From assembly GCA_013151505.1 (NCBI GenBank), contig JAADID010000175.1:1-46081 (forward strand): a DNA stretch of 46,081 bases. Direction: 5' to 3'. The DNA is from Chlorobiota bacterium. Lineage in GTDB: Bacteria; Bacteroidota; Bacteroidia; Bacteroidales; F082. The position numbers and the translations under genes are program-made. The notes under the pieces are model-generated. The model was not told where the DNA came from. It ran no database searches and saw only the letters and a program-made list of their open reading frames with translations. Positions within the stretch are counted from its first letter, which is position 1. Each line of letters begins with the position of its first letter. Shown here one piece after another: positions 17,927 through 26,259 of this stretch.

Positions 17927-19180
17927 CTATTTCAGAAAAATCATACGTCGTACTTTTCGGGAATCTTTCAGTTTAAGCTCATAAAAGTATATCCCGTTTC
18001 CGACCGGCTGCCCGTCATCACTGTTTCCATCCCAAAACAGGGCGCGTCCGTTGTCAGTATAATTTCCTTTTTTCAATAAGCCCGGATTGAACGTACGGAC
18101 AATCGTTCCTTTTAAGTTGTATATTTTGATTGTTACCTCTTCATCAACTGCCAAAATAAACGGAATCCAGGTGCCTTCCCTGAAAGGGTTCGGATAATTT
18201 TGCAATAGGTCACTGCTGACCGGCAGATTTTCATTCGGGTCATCCAGTCCGCCGGCTTTGGCGCTGAAAACATCTATCGAACCGTTATTCATTGAAGTTA
18301 TCCAGATTCGGTTACGTGAATCTATGGCAATATCCATCGGGGCGCTCAACTGTCCCGGCTCTGTTCCGAATTCACCGAACTTTGTAATAAAGCTGCCGTT
18401 TTCATCAAATATATTCACCGTTCCCAGCAGGTTATCAAGCACATAAACCCTGCCCCGGTTGTCAACAGCCAGCCCCTGGATTCTTGTGAGCTGTCCGTCT
18501 TCAAAACCGAATTCTCCGAAAGTATTCAGTAAATTGCCTTTTGTATCAAAGACGAGAACCTTTGCCGTAATCCCGTTTTCAGTTGCATCAAGCCCTGAAA
18601 CCGTGCCGCCGTGCTCGGCAACAAGTATCCTGGCGTTTTTTCTGTCGTAAGCTATGCCGGTTGGATAAGCCATAACATCGCTGCCAAATGTTCTGATAAC
18701 ATTTCCCGACAAATCCATGACGATAACCTGCTTTTGTTTGCTATCTACAACATAGAGTTTATTGTCGCCGTCAAACACGGCATCGGACGGATAAGTACAG
18801 TTTGTGTAAATTTCACTATCGCCTCCGTTGAAGTCAAACTTTTTGATGGCCCCAACCTTATTATCACTTACCACAAGCTGTTTATCATCATTTACGGCGA
18901 GGGCAAGCGGAAAGCCGCCGGAGTTCACTGTGCCGAGAAACTGTCCGGAAGTATCAAATTTAACAATCTCTTTCCTGAAAGCATCGGTTACATAAACAAC
19001 ACCGTCATCATCCAGTGCTATGCGTACCGGCGATTTCAGGCCTTCTGATATTCTGAACAAGAATCCGTTATTTCCGGCTGTTTGCTGGGCAAACAAATCG
19101 GGAGTGGATACCCATATTATCAGGAGCCAGCAAACAGCGGGAAAGAAATAACTGATGGAAAACGTAAATATCTTTTTCAT
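17927..19180 (-). CDS. NHL-repeat beta-propeller protein with T9SS-type C-terminal sorting domain
   Basis: NHL-like blades ('PTGIAYD..ILVAE', 'IQGLAVDNRGRVYVLDNLLGTVNIFDENG', 'PMDIAIDSRNRIWITS'). The C-terminal 91 aa ('QNYPNPF...IKIYNLKG...WDGNSDDGQPVGNGIYFYEL...MIFLK') match the Por_Secre_tail/FlgD-Ig pattern. The ORF track starts at a TTG (19189); the ATG at 19180 ('MKKIFTF') is the more likely start. Confidence 0.85.
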   Translation of the reverse strand: MKKIFTFSISYFFPAVCWLLIIWVSTPDLFAQQTAGNNGFLFRISEGLKSPVRIALDDDGVVYVTDAFRKEIVKFDTSGQFLGTVNSGGFPLALAVNDDKQLVVSDNKVGAIKKFDFNGGDSEIYTNCTYPSDAVFDGDNKLYVVDSKQKQVIVMDLSGNVIRTFGSDVMAYPTGIAYDRKNARILVAEHGGTVSGLDATENGITAKVLVFDTKGNLLNTFGEFGFEDGQLTRIQGLAVDNRGRVYVLDNLLGTVNIFDENGSFITKFGEFGTEPGQLSAPMDIAIDSRNRIWITSMNNGSIDVFSAKAGGLDDPNENLPVSSDLLQNYPNPFREGTWIPFILAVDEEVTIKIYNLKGTIVRTFNPGLLKKGNYTDNGRALFWDGNSDDGQPVGNGIYFYELKLKDSRKVRRMIFLK

Positions 19181-19217
19181 AGGCCTCAATTTTTGTGATC
19201 GAAATATGACCAGACGA

Positions 19218-19877
19218 TTATTTATTATGGCACGTCAGACATAAAGCGCTTCCTGCATTTGATATTCGGAGTGAGAGGGAAATAGTCTGTCCCGTAGCCA
19301 CATTGTGACATCCGGAACACCCCTGCGTATTTCTGCTGATGTGCGGATCGTGGCACGAAGTGCACTGCAAATACCCTGACTGGAGGAGATCCTCGGCAAT
19401 AGTACCGCCCAACCCTGAGGGAGTAGTAGCCGGGTCATATAACCCACCATCCGTAGCAGCCAGCGCCGAACTGTACTCAAATGAAATCGGATGATCATCA
19501 CGCAGGTCTGGTGTGATGTTTCCCCAGGTAACATACCAGGTGCCACCTGTGAAACCGCCGTGATTTTCAATGGCAACAGTTCCATCGTGACAGGAAAGGC
19601 ACAACTTTGAAAAGCCATTGGGCTGTCCGGGCGTGGCATCAAGTGTGTTGCTTGTGTAAACCTGAAAAGTTGCCGATGTAACCTCGTGATTCCATAAAGG
19701 CGAATCGTTAACTTCCATGTTTGCGTTGTGAGGCGTGTGGCATGGCCGGCAGGCCTCACCGCCACTCCACGAAGCGCCCGTAAAATCGTGGTGACTATTC
19801 AATAAACCCTGGCCGAAAGAAATGAAATATAAAAAGATCAGTAGTGAAGTAAAAATAGATCTCATAGTGGTTTTCAT
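19218..19877 (-). CDS. small pentahaem c-type cytochrome (paralog family B)
   Basis: 219 aa with a signal peptide. It has 5 CXXCH motifs (CRPCH, CLSCH, CTSCH, CSGCH, CLTCH). It is collinear with the 20113..20763 and 26260..26880 products. Confidence 0.9.
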   Translation of the reverse strand: MKTTMRSIFTSLLIFLYFISFGQGLLNSHHDFTGASWSGGEACRPCHTPHNANMEVNDSPLWNHEVTSATFQVYTSNTLDATPGQPNGFSKLCLSCHDGTVAIENHGGFTGGTWYVTWGNITPDLRDDHPISFEYSSALAATDGGLYDPATTPSGLGGTIAEDLLQSGYLQCTSCHDPHISRNTQGCSGCHNVATGQTISLSLRISNAGSALCLTCHNK

Positions 19878-19952
19878 TTGACTCTAATTTATTTGGTTTG
19901 AAATAAAAAATCTGCTTCAAAAACAAGTGGTTTTTTACGTAAAATCAGTGGA

Positions 19953-19967
19953 GCAAAAATCACGCCA
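19953..19967 (-). promoter_or_regulatory. candidate sigma-54 promoter TGGCGT-N5-TTGC
   Basis: The minus strand reads TGGCGTGATTTTTGC with exact GG-N10-GC spacing. It lies 76 nt upstream of the ATG at 19877. Confidence 0.5.
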
Positions 19968-20112
19968 AAATCACTATGTTTAAATAAAACAGATAGTAGT
20001 TTACCTATTGACAATCTTCTGTTTCGTGGTACAGAGATGTTTTTTCAATAAGTATTCAGGGATTATCTTTTTGCGTATTTGACGGTTTCCCCGTCCGACT
20101 GTATGAATCAGC

Positions 20113-20763
20113 CTATATGTTGTGACAGGTTAGACACAGTGCGCTGCCTTCATTGGACTTTCTTAGAAAGTAAGAAACAGTAGCGCCACGTCCATTCGTT
20201 TCATAATGTCTTTCGGGATTTCCCGAACCCGCAATATTGTGTACATCATGGCATGATGTACATTCCAATCTGCCGTTATCCAGCAAATCTTCTTCAATCG
20301 TACCACCCAAACCGGACATCGTAACGCTTGGATCGCGCAACTTTTTATCTTTCATTGCCAGGCTCGCATCATAGACAAAAGAGACCGGGTGACTATCTCT
20401 TATATAAATCCGGGGAGAATTATTTCCTTCGGGCGCCATAACAATGTGGTTGGAAGGAGCCACTGTTTCATCATGACACGAAAGACATTGCTTTGTTTTG
20501 CCGGAAGGAAGATTCGGATAACTTTTGACTGTACTTCTGGAATATAGCTGAAAAGTCGTAGCAGTATCATGTTGGTTCCAGTTAAGTGAAGAAGGTGGAC
20601 TCATATTGTCAGACTGGGTTATATGGCACGGTCTGCACGGATTATTACTGCTCCAGGAATTCCCTTTGAAAGAATGGTGTCCGAGTGGAAATTCCTGACC
20701 CATAATAGTTGATATAGGGTTAATTAACAACATAACCGCTATATACGCCAAGAATTTAGACAT
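20113..20763 (-). CDS. small tetrahaem c-type cytochrome (paralog family C)
   Basis: 216 aa with a signal peptide. It has 4 CXXCH motifs (CRPCH, CLSCH, CTSCH, CLTCH). It is the most diverged of the three paralogs. Confidence 0.9.
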   Translation of the reverse strand: MSKFLAYIAVMLLINPISTIMGQEFPLGHHSFKGNSWSSNNPCRPCHITQSDNMSPPSSLNWNQHDTATTFQLYSRSTVKSYPNLPSGKTKQCLSCHDETVAPSNHIVMAPEGNNSPRIYIRDSHPVSFVYDASLAMKDKKLRDPSVTMSGLGGTIEEDLLDNGRLECTSCHDVHNIAGSGNPERHYETNGRGATVSYFLRKSNEGSALCLTCHNI

Positions 20764-21218
20764 CTGTTTAAATTTTTTATATTAATGATTATTAATCTGC
20801 AAAACGATCTTTAAATTTTGTTACCCGAATAATTCAATCAATTTTCTTTCGGTTTCCTGTTTCAACTCTTTATCGTATTTCAACGAACCAATTTTCATTA
20901 TGTTTCAATTTTTTTAAACTCTTTGACATTCCGGGTCGGAAACGACATCCTTCTCCCGTTAAAGACAACGAGTGCTTTTTACCTATATAAAAGGCTAAGT
21001 ACTAATGTGTCACATCAACACGCGACAATTAAGAATATCTATACAGAATTTAAAGGAAGGAAGATAAAACCGGCAATCAGGACAGGTTTAATGCCGATTA
21101 TCATTTACAATGTCTTTTTTCATTTACTTTTTCATAAATAGTAATCAAAAAGTAACTTTCATCAAATAAAAGTTGAATGGAAATCCGGCTTTAATCAAAG
21201 GGGAAGACTGAAAATTGT

Positions 21219-22523
21219 TTAATTTCTTTTATACTCTCTTCTGGCATGGCACCCGGTCAGGCAGGAACCTCCGTTTTGAGTGACCTGATATTTTATCGGC
21301 ATTTCCCAGTTTCCAAAGGCTACACTACCTGCTATAAGATGTTCATATTGCGATCCGTGCATTTTATGGCAATCCTTGCAACTTCGCCCTTTATTTCCAT
21401 GAATATGGGCATAATGCAGGTTTTGATCCCCGTTTCTGAAACCGGTAGCGGATTTTGTTGTCTTTTTTTCGATTAAATCCGTGTCGTGACAAGTAAAACA
21501 CAATGCAAAGGTGTCGGGTTGTGCAGGGGCATAAAATCCGACAGGAAAAGCGTCCTGTAACAACGAAGGGAAAACGGAGGCATGTGGAAAATGACATCCT
21601 GAACAACCGACAAGCTCAATAGCGCCATGAATGACTTTGCTTTTGCTCAATATCTGTTTCATGTTGCTTATCTTTTTCGTCTCTGTTTTAATTGTCCGGT
21701 TATGGCAACTCAAACATAACTCCTGATTTTCTTTCAGAAGAAAATACTCCTGCGGCGAGGCATGAGGTGAATGGCAATTCACACAGGTTTCTTTAATTTT
21801 AACTGCACCATGGACAACGGGTTTACTGTCAACAGATTCTTTCACATCATCATGGCAGTCAAAGCAAAGGGCGGAAATCGTCTGATCAAGCAAATACTTA
21901 TCTCTTGAGCCATGTACCTGATGACAATTCCTGCAATCGTCTTCAAACGGCGGGTGCAGGTTTTTTGTCTTCATAAGTTTACCGACATCCTCGTGACATG
22001 AAAAACACAGATCGGGCATGGCGGATTTGAGCAAAGACCGGTATTTTGACTGATGCGGGTTATGGCAGGACTGACAATTTCCTTCACTTACAGGCTGGTG
22101 TCCGTTATCATGTTTCGCTATTTCCTCGTCGTGACATTCAAAACACAGAGAGGCAACCGGGTTAGCCAGTAGCAAATGTGGGTTCGCGCTACTGTGGGGG
22201 GAGTGGCACATCAGGCATTCACCGCCCTCAACCGGTGCATGGATATACTTTTTGGTGTTCTCATCATGACACATATAGCATAAAGCCGGCAATTCATCGG
22301 CCATTTTAAAAGCTTTTCCTTCCTCGCCCGGATGGGGCTTGCCGGTTGGTTCGTGGCAGTAATCACACGATTCTTCGGCAGGCGGGTGGACATTCTTGCC
22401 AGCCATCAGGTCTCCATGGCAGTCAAGGCAGGTTTTTTCCGGCTCGTCGTTTTGTCCCATGCCTTCGATGCCAAAAACAAGCAGTAAAGAAAAGATAAAG
22501 ATCATCCAAAAGTATTTCCTCAT
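21219..22523 (-). CDS. 14-haem (+1 CX3CH) c-type cytochrome built of seven tandem di-haem modules
   Basis: 434 aa with a signal peptide. 14 CXXCH motifs alternate as xCxxCHxPH and LCxxCH(D/E). A C-terminal CLTGCH is present. The start is 1 nt after the barrel gene stop. Confidence 0.9.
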   Translation of the reverse strand: MRKYFWMIFIFSLLLVFGIEGMGQNDEPEKTCLDCHGDLMAGKNVHPPAEESCDYCHEPTGKPHPGEEGKAFKMADELPALCYMCHDENTKKYIHAPVEGGECLMCHSPHSSANPHLLLANPVASLCFECHDEEIAKHDNGHQPVSEGNCQSCHNPHQSKYRSLLKSAMPDLCFSCHEDVGKLMKTKNLHPPFEDDCRNCHQVHGSRDKYLLDQTISALCFDCHDDVKESVDSKPVVHGAVKIKETCVNCHSPHASPQEYFLLKENQELCLSCHNRTIKTETKKISNMKQILSKSKVIHGAIELVGCSGCHFPHASVFPSLLQDAFPVGFYAPAQPDTFALCFTCHDTDLIEKKTTKSATGFRNGDQNLHYAHIHGNKGRSCKDCHKMHGSQYEHLIAGSVAFGNWEMPIKYQVTQNGGSCLTGCHARREYKRN

Positions 22524-22524
22524 T

Positions 22525-24501
22525 TTACCGCGATTTAAATTTCCTGATAACAGTTACATAGGCTCCATTGAAATTAAGGATTTCCCTGTTTAAATAGTTT
22601 CGCCGATAAACTTCAAGACCGAGCGTAATATACAATTTTCTGACAACCATGTTTAATTCCGTTTTGGCAATAAGATAGTTCAGTCCGATCTCGTAACCGT
22701 TTTGTTCCCTGTAACTTAATTCCAGGTTGAGCTTAATATTTCTGGTGAAACTGTATGCTATTCTCGCTGACACATCTCCATAGGTTTCATCTCTCCGGTC
22801 GGCAATTGTTATATAATATCTGAGATTACCTACGAGCGAAATCAATAGTTTCTGTTTAAAGCGCCAAAGCATGTTCCCGTTCAACCTGATTAACTGATAG
22901 GGAATGATCGTACTCTCGTAATCATCATATTCGATGCCAAAACGTGCAAACCCGACTTTGAACTTTATACCGTAAAGGTTTTGGTAAAAGTAATTTAACA
23001 CCAGTAAATCGGATGATTCCACAAAACTATAGTCTTGTTTAGCCCATCTGTAGTACACCTCAATAAACTGATCAAAAAACGTTAAACTGGCCGTAGCTGA
23101 CTGGCTTATCATATTAAACTTATAAGAACCGGGGAGCATGGCCGTATAATCCACCAGAACCGTTGCATTGTCCGGTATTTTTCCTCCGGGTATCCGTTTG
23201 ATCTCGATGTAATTATTCTGTTCAAACAACAGATAATCCAGGTCCAGATCGTAGATAACAGTACCTGTTACATCTTTTACAACGACAGACCCGATATCTG
23301 CATACGGTTGGTCGAGAAGAGTGATTTGATCATCGGACAGCACATGTTCTTCGTTAGTTACAAAAAACGGCACAGGTTCGCTTACCCTGTCAAAATAGCG
23401 ATCCAGGAAAGAATAAGAAAGATTTAAATTTCCTTTAGGTATTTTCTTGGTGTACCTGATCTCGAATGCAGTCCGCAGATCATCTTCGCTGTATATTGTG
23501 TGCTTGTTGCTGGTGTATTCCGCATAAATATTGGTTTTCAGGCTTTTGAACAGTTGATGGTTCAAATCTACCCTTCCCCTGTGCTGATTAAGCTGGTATA
23601 TCGGATTGGTGTATTGATAAAAATTATATGAACTTACCAACCTGAAATTTTTGGGTAACCTGAAGGTCATGCTACTCATCACCTGGAACCTGTTGAAATT
23701 GTCATACCCAGTTTGGTAGAAATTCGATATGAAAGTCAGCAGGTTATAGCGTCTCATCCTGTCAAACGGGATGCTGCTGTTCAGTTCAATATTGTGTATT
23801 TTATTCTCTCTTGGCTCGGGCAGGTAATATTCTGCATGAATGTAATCATCAAAACTGTAACTAAGCCTGTTGTCATCCTGAGTAAAAAAGGTTTTCGAAA
23901 CTTTAGCTTTGATGCTGCGTTGCCAGTACTTATAAACCTGATTTGTTTCTACTTCTTCCTGATCCCATTTCCCTTCCTCATACGTCACGGAAGCAGGAAG
24001 CACCCTGTTTTTGTAATAAATACCTCCTCCAAAAAATCTCCGGCTCATACGGGAATTGGTAAAGTTCTCCCGGTTTACGTAGCTTTGGCCCATATTGACA
24101 AAAGCATTCACAGTCAGCTTTTTTTCACGAAAGAATGTCGTTCTGAGGTTCAGCCTGCTCAGTGTTCTTGCATCGGAACGGTCGGGGATGCTTGAGTATT
24201 GGTCATTAAGTTTTTCAGGGTTAAATTCACCTTCAAAATCAATTTCCATCAGATTGGGGTTAACGATAAAACTTTTCGATTTCAAAAGAAATCTGCCCGA
24301 AAACAGTGTCCCGTTGATTATTTCCTCGAAGCCGGAGCCTAAAATGCGCTGCTGGTACCGGTAACGTCCTTTTACCCCCACTTCACCCGACAACAACTCC
24401 TGATTCCAGAAATGGTATATCCCTGCGCCGTTTTGCCCGAAACATTCAACGGAAACAAGCAACAACAAACCTACTAACCTTCTGAATCTCAAATCTCTCA
24501 T
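22525..24501 (-). CDS. putative outer-membrane beta-barrel (porin-like) protein
   Basis: 658 aa with a signal peptide ('LLLLVSVECFGQ'). The sequence is Tyr/Phe/Asn/Arg-rich with alternating hydrophobicity throughout, no Cys-rich or cofactor motif, and an aromatic-rich C-terminus. It is tightly packed between two cytochrome genes. Confidence 0.6.
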   Translation of the reverse strand: MRDLRFRRLVGLLLLVSVECFGQNGAGIYHFWNQELLSGEVGVKGRYRYQQRILGSGFEEIINGTLFSGRFLLKSKSFIVNPNLMEIDFEGEFNPEKLNDQYSSIPDRSDARTLSRLNLRTTFFREKKLTVNAFVNMGQSYVNRENFTNSRMSRRFFGGGIYYKNRVLPASVTYEEGKWDQEEVETNQVYKYWQRSIKAKVSKTFFTQDDNRLSYSFDDYIHAEYYLPEPRENKIHNIELNSSIPFDRMRRYNLLTFISNFYQTGYDNFNRFQVMSSMTFRLPKNFRLVSSYNFYQYTNPIYQLNQHRGRVDLNHQLFKSLKTNIYAEYTSNKHTIYSEDDLRTAFEIRYTKKIPKGNLNLSYSFLDRYFDRVSEPVPFFVTNEEHVLSDDQITLLDQPYADIGSVVVKDVTGTVIYDLDLDYLLFEQNNYIEIKRIPGGKIPDNATVLVDYTAMLPGSYKFNMISQSATASLTFFDQFIEVYYRWAKQDYSFVESSDLLVLNYFYQNLYGIKFKVGFARFGIEYDDYESTIIPYQLIRLNGNMLWRFKQKLLISLVGNLRYYITIADRRDETYGDVSARIAYSFTRNIKLNLELSYREQNGYEIGLNYLIAKTELNMVVRKLYITLGLEVYRRNYLNREILNFNGAYVTVIRKFKSR

Positions 24502-24508
24502 TATCCTT

Positions 24509-25078
24509 TCAGTTCAAAATAAACCTGTCCTCACCGCCATGCGGGTTATGACATTCCGTACAATCGGCATCTTCGATATCGGAATGTGCCTCATTTTTAA
24601 ATACATCTTTGGAAAGGTGGCAATTCAGGCACAAATTCTGCCCTGTCCTGATAAGTAAAAATTTGTTTTTACTCATGTGCGGATTATGGCATTGCGTACA
24701 AAAGCCTGCATCAACAGGCCCGTGTAACACTTGATACTGGTCCCCGAAACTTTCGTGGCATTGATAGCAAAGCCCCGGTAAGGGCTCAAGCAATTTTCCC
24801 ATTTGTCCCTGGTTGTGGCAGTTGGCACATTCTTTTTCCTGATAAGGTGGATGAAATATATATTCGGACTTTACCACACGGATAGTCTTAGTTTCCTTAC
24901 TGCCAGCCATTCTGATGGAATCAGCCCGTGCAATACTGTCTGCTTTATATGGATTCGGTACCCCGTCAAAAAAAAAGGAAAGCGTTTTATAATGTGTCTT
25001 TGGTGAGCATGAAATCATCAATGCGAAAGCAAAAGCAAGCAAGATAACTTTTATGTGTAGATCCCTGCGCATCGGCAT
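24509..25078 (-). CDS. pentahaem c-type cytochrome lipoprotein
   Basis: 189 aa with a lipobox-like 'LMISCS' and an 'FFFDGVPNP' motif. It has 5 CXXCH motifs of the same di-haem module type as the 14-haem protein. Confidence 0.9.
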   Translation of the reverse strand: MPMRRDLHIKVILLAFAFALMISCSPKTHYKTLSFFFDGVPNPYKADSIARADSIRMAGSKETKTIRVVKSEYIFHPPYQEKECANCHNQGQMGKLLEPLPGLCYQCHESFGDQYQVLHGPVDAGFCTQCHNPHMSKNKFLLIRTGQNLCLNCHLSKDVFKNEAHSDIEDADCTECHNPHGGEDRFILN

Positions 25079-25087
25079 CCCCGCTTA

Positions 25088-26158
25088 TCATTTGGGCTCT
25101 ACATAACCATATACATTCACTTTATCAGGACCATACTGGTTGGTAACGAATATCAGGTATTTGAGTCGGAAACTATCGTCAACATAGTTTTCAAAGTATT
25201 TTAAATTGTCATAGTCAATAACCACCTTTGCTGGCAACCACATACCACCCGGACCTTTGTAGGGACCTCCGAAAAACATCAACAGATTCCCATCTTTATC
25301 GAATATCTGAATATTCTCAAATCCTGCATCCACAACGTACAGGTGTCCATCTCTGTCAACAGCGATACCTTTGGGACGAACAAACTGACCGATGCTTTTC
25401 CCGTAACTACCCACAGACCTTACGAACTCGCCGTCATGGGTATAAACTTTTATCCTGAAATCCCCAAAATCAGTAACATATACATATTTATCGGTAACAT
25501 AGATGTTGGATGGTGAAAACAGGAAATCTTTATCCCCCGGCTCTGCATCGGGAATGCGTTTTAACAGTTTGTAATCATCTTTGTTGTACACATCAATACT
25601 ATGGCTTGTGAAATTGGCAACCCATATTTTATTATCCTTCACAAAAACGTCGGTGGGTTTTGCATTTTCAGCCTCTCCAAAACTTGCCAGATAACTTCCG
25701 TCACTGTTAAAAACGACAATCTGTCTGCGTTTGGGATCAGCAACATAGAGTTTATTGTCATCATCCAGGAAACAATTAACGGGTTTTTTCAGTTGTCCCA
25801 TGCCTTCCGGGGAAAAGTAATTAAAGTTATGTTTTTCAAGATTAATGACCTCCAGCGCATCCATTTGTGTGTCACAAATATAAATTTTACCGTCGCGTAT
25901 GGCCAGGCCATAAGGTTTTACTATACCCATGTCGGGCAACTCGCCAAACAGGAATCGTGCAAATCCCGATCGTTTTCCCGTTATATCAAGTGAGCTACTG
26001 ATTTTCGTCAGGTACTGTATCCTTGTTGTGTCGGGCGGTGAGGGATAAATGATGATGTTTTCAGATGATATATTTTTATGTATCTTCCGCGAACATGATA
26101 TCGAAAGCATTAAAAACAAACTACTTATCAGGATAACATAAAGCTTTATGCCTTTCAT
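25088..26158 (-). CDS. NHL-repeat beta-propeller lipoprotein
   Basis: 356 aa with lipobox 'LSISCS'. Canonical NHL blades are present ('GQFVRPKGIAVDRDGHLYVVDAGFENIQIFDKDGNLLMFFG'). Confidence 0.85.
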   Translation of the reverse strand: MKGIKLYVILISSLFLMLSISCSRKIHKNISSENIIIYPSPPDTTRIQYLTKISSSLDITGKRSGFARFLFGELPDMGIVKPYGLAIRDGKIYICDTQMDALEVINLEKHNFNYFSPEGMGQLKKPVNCFLDDDNKLYVADPKRRQIVVFNSDGSYLASFGEAENAKPTDVFVKDNKIWVANFTSHSIDVYNKDDYKLLKRIPDAEPGDKDFLFSPSNIYVTDKYVYVTDFGDFRIKVYTHDGEFVRSVGSYGKSIGQFVRPKGIAVDRDGHLYVVDAGFENIQIFDKDGNLLMFFGGPYKGPGGMWLPAKVVIDYDNLKYFENYVDDSFRLKYLIFVTNQYGPDKVNVYGYVEPK

Positions 26159-26206
26159 AAATATAGCCCTTAAATTTTTGGATAAATATACTAAAATGCT
26201 AAGAAT

Positions 26207-26236
26207 AAAAAAGGTGATTTCTCAATCACCTTTTTT
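26207..26236 (-). terminator. rho-independent terminator after the tetrahaem gene 26260..26880
   Basis: The aaggtgat / atcacctt 8-bp perfect stem has a 6-nt loop. It is flanked by A- and T-runs, giving T-rich tails on both strands. Confidence 0.6.
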
Positions 26237-26259
26237 AAACTCATATTTTTCAAATAATG

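Noticed and set aside
19235-19765. 176-aa minus-strand ORF in an alternative frame of the pentahaem gene.
   Set aside because: It overlaps almost entirely with the frame that carries five CXXCH motifs and a signal peptide. The alternative translation has no motifs.
20018-20035. Inverted repeat TCTGT-N8-ACAGA about 55 bp upstream of the second sigma-54 site, considered as an enhancer (UAS) for the NtrC-like regulator.
   Set aside because: I found no matching motif upstream of the first sigma-54 site (26968..27150). The arms are short and could arise by chance.
20923-21141. 72-aa plus-strand ORF in the long intergenic gap of the island.
   Set aside because: It is on the opposite strand to every neighbouring gene, has a non-ATG start and AT-rich composition, and shows no motif.
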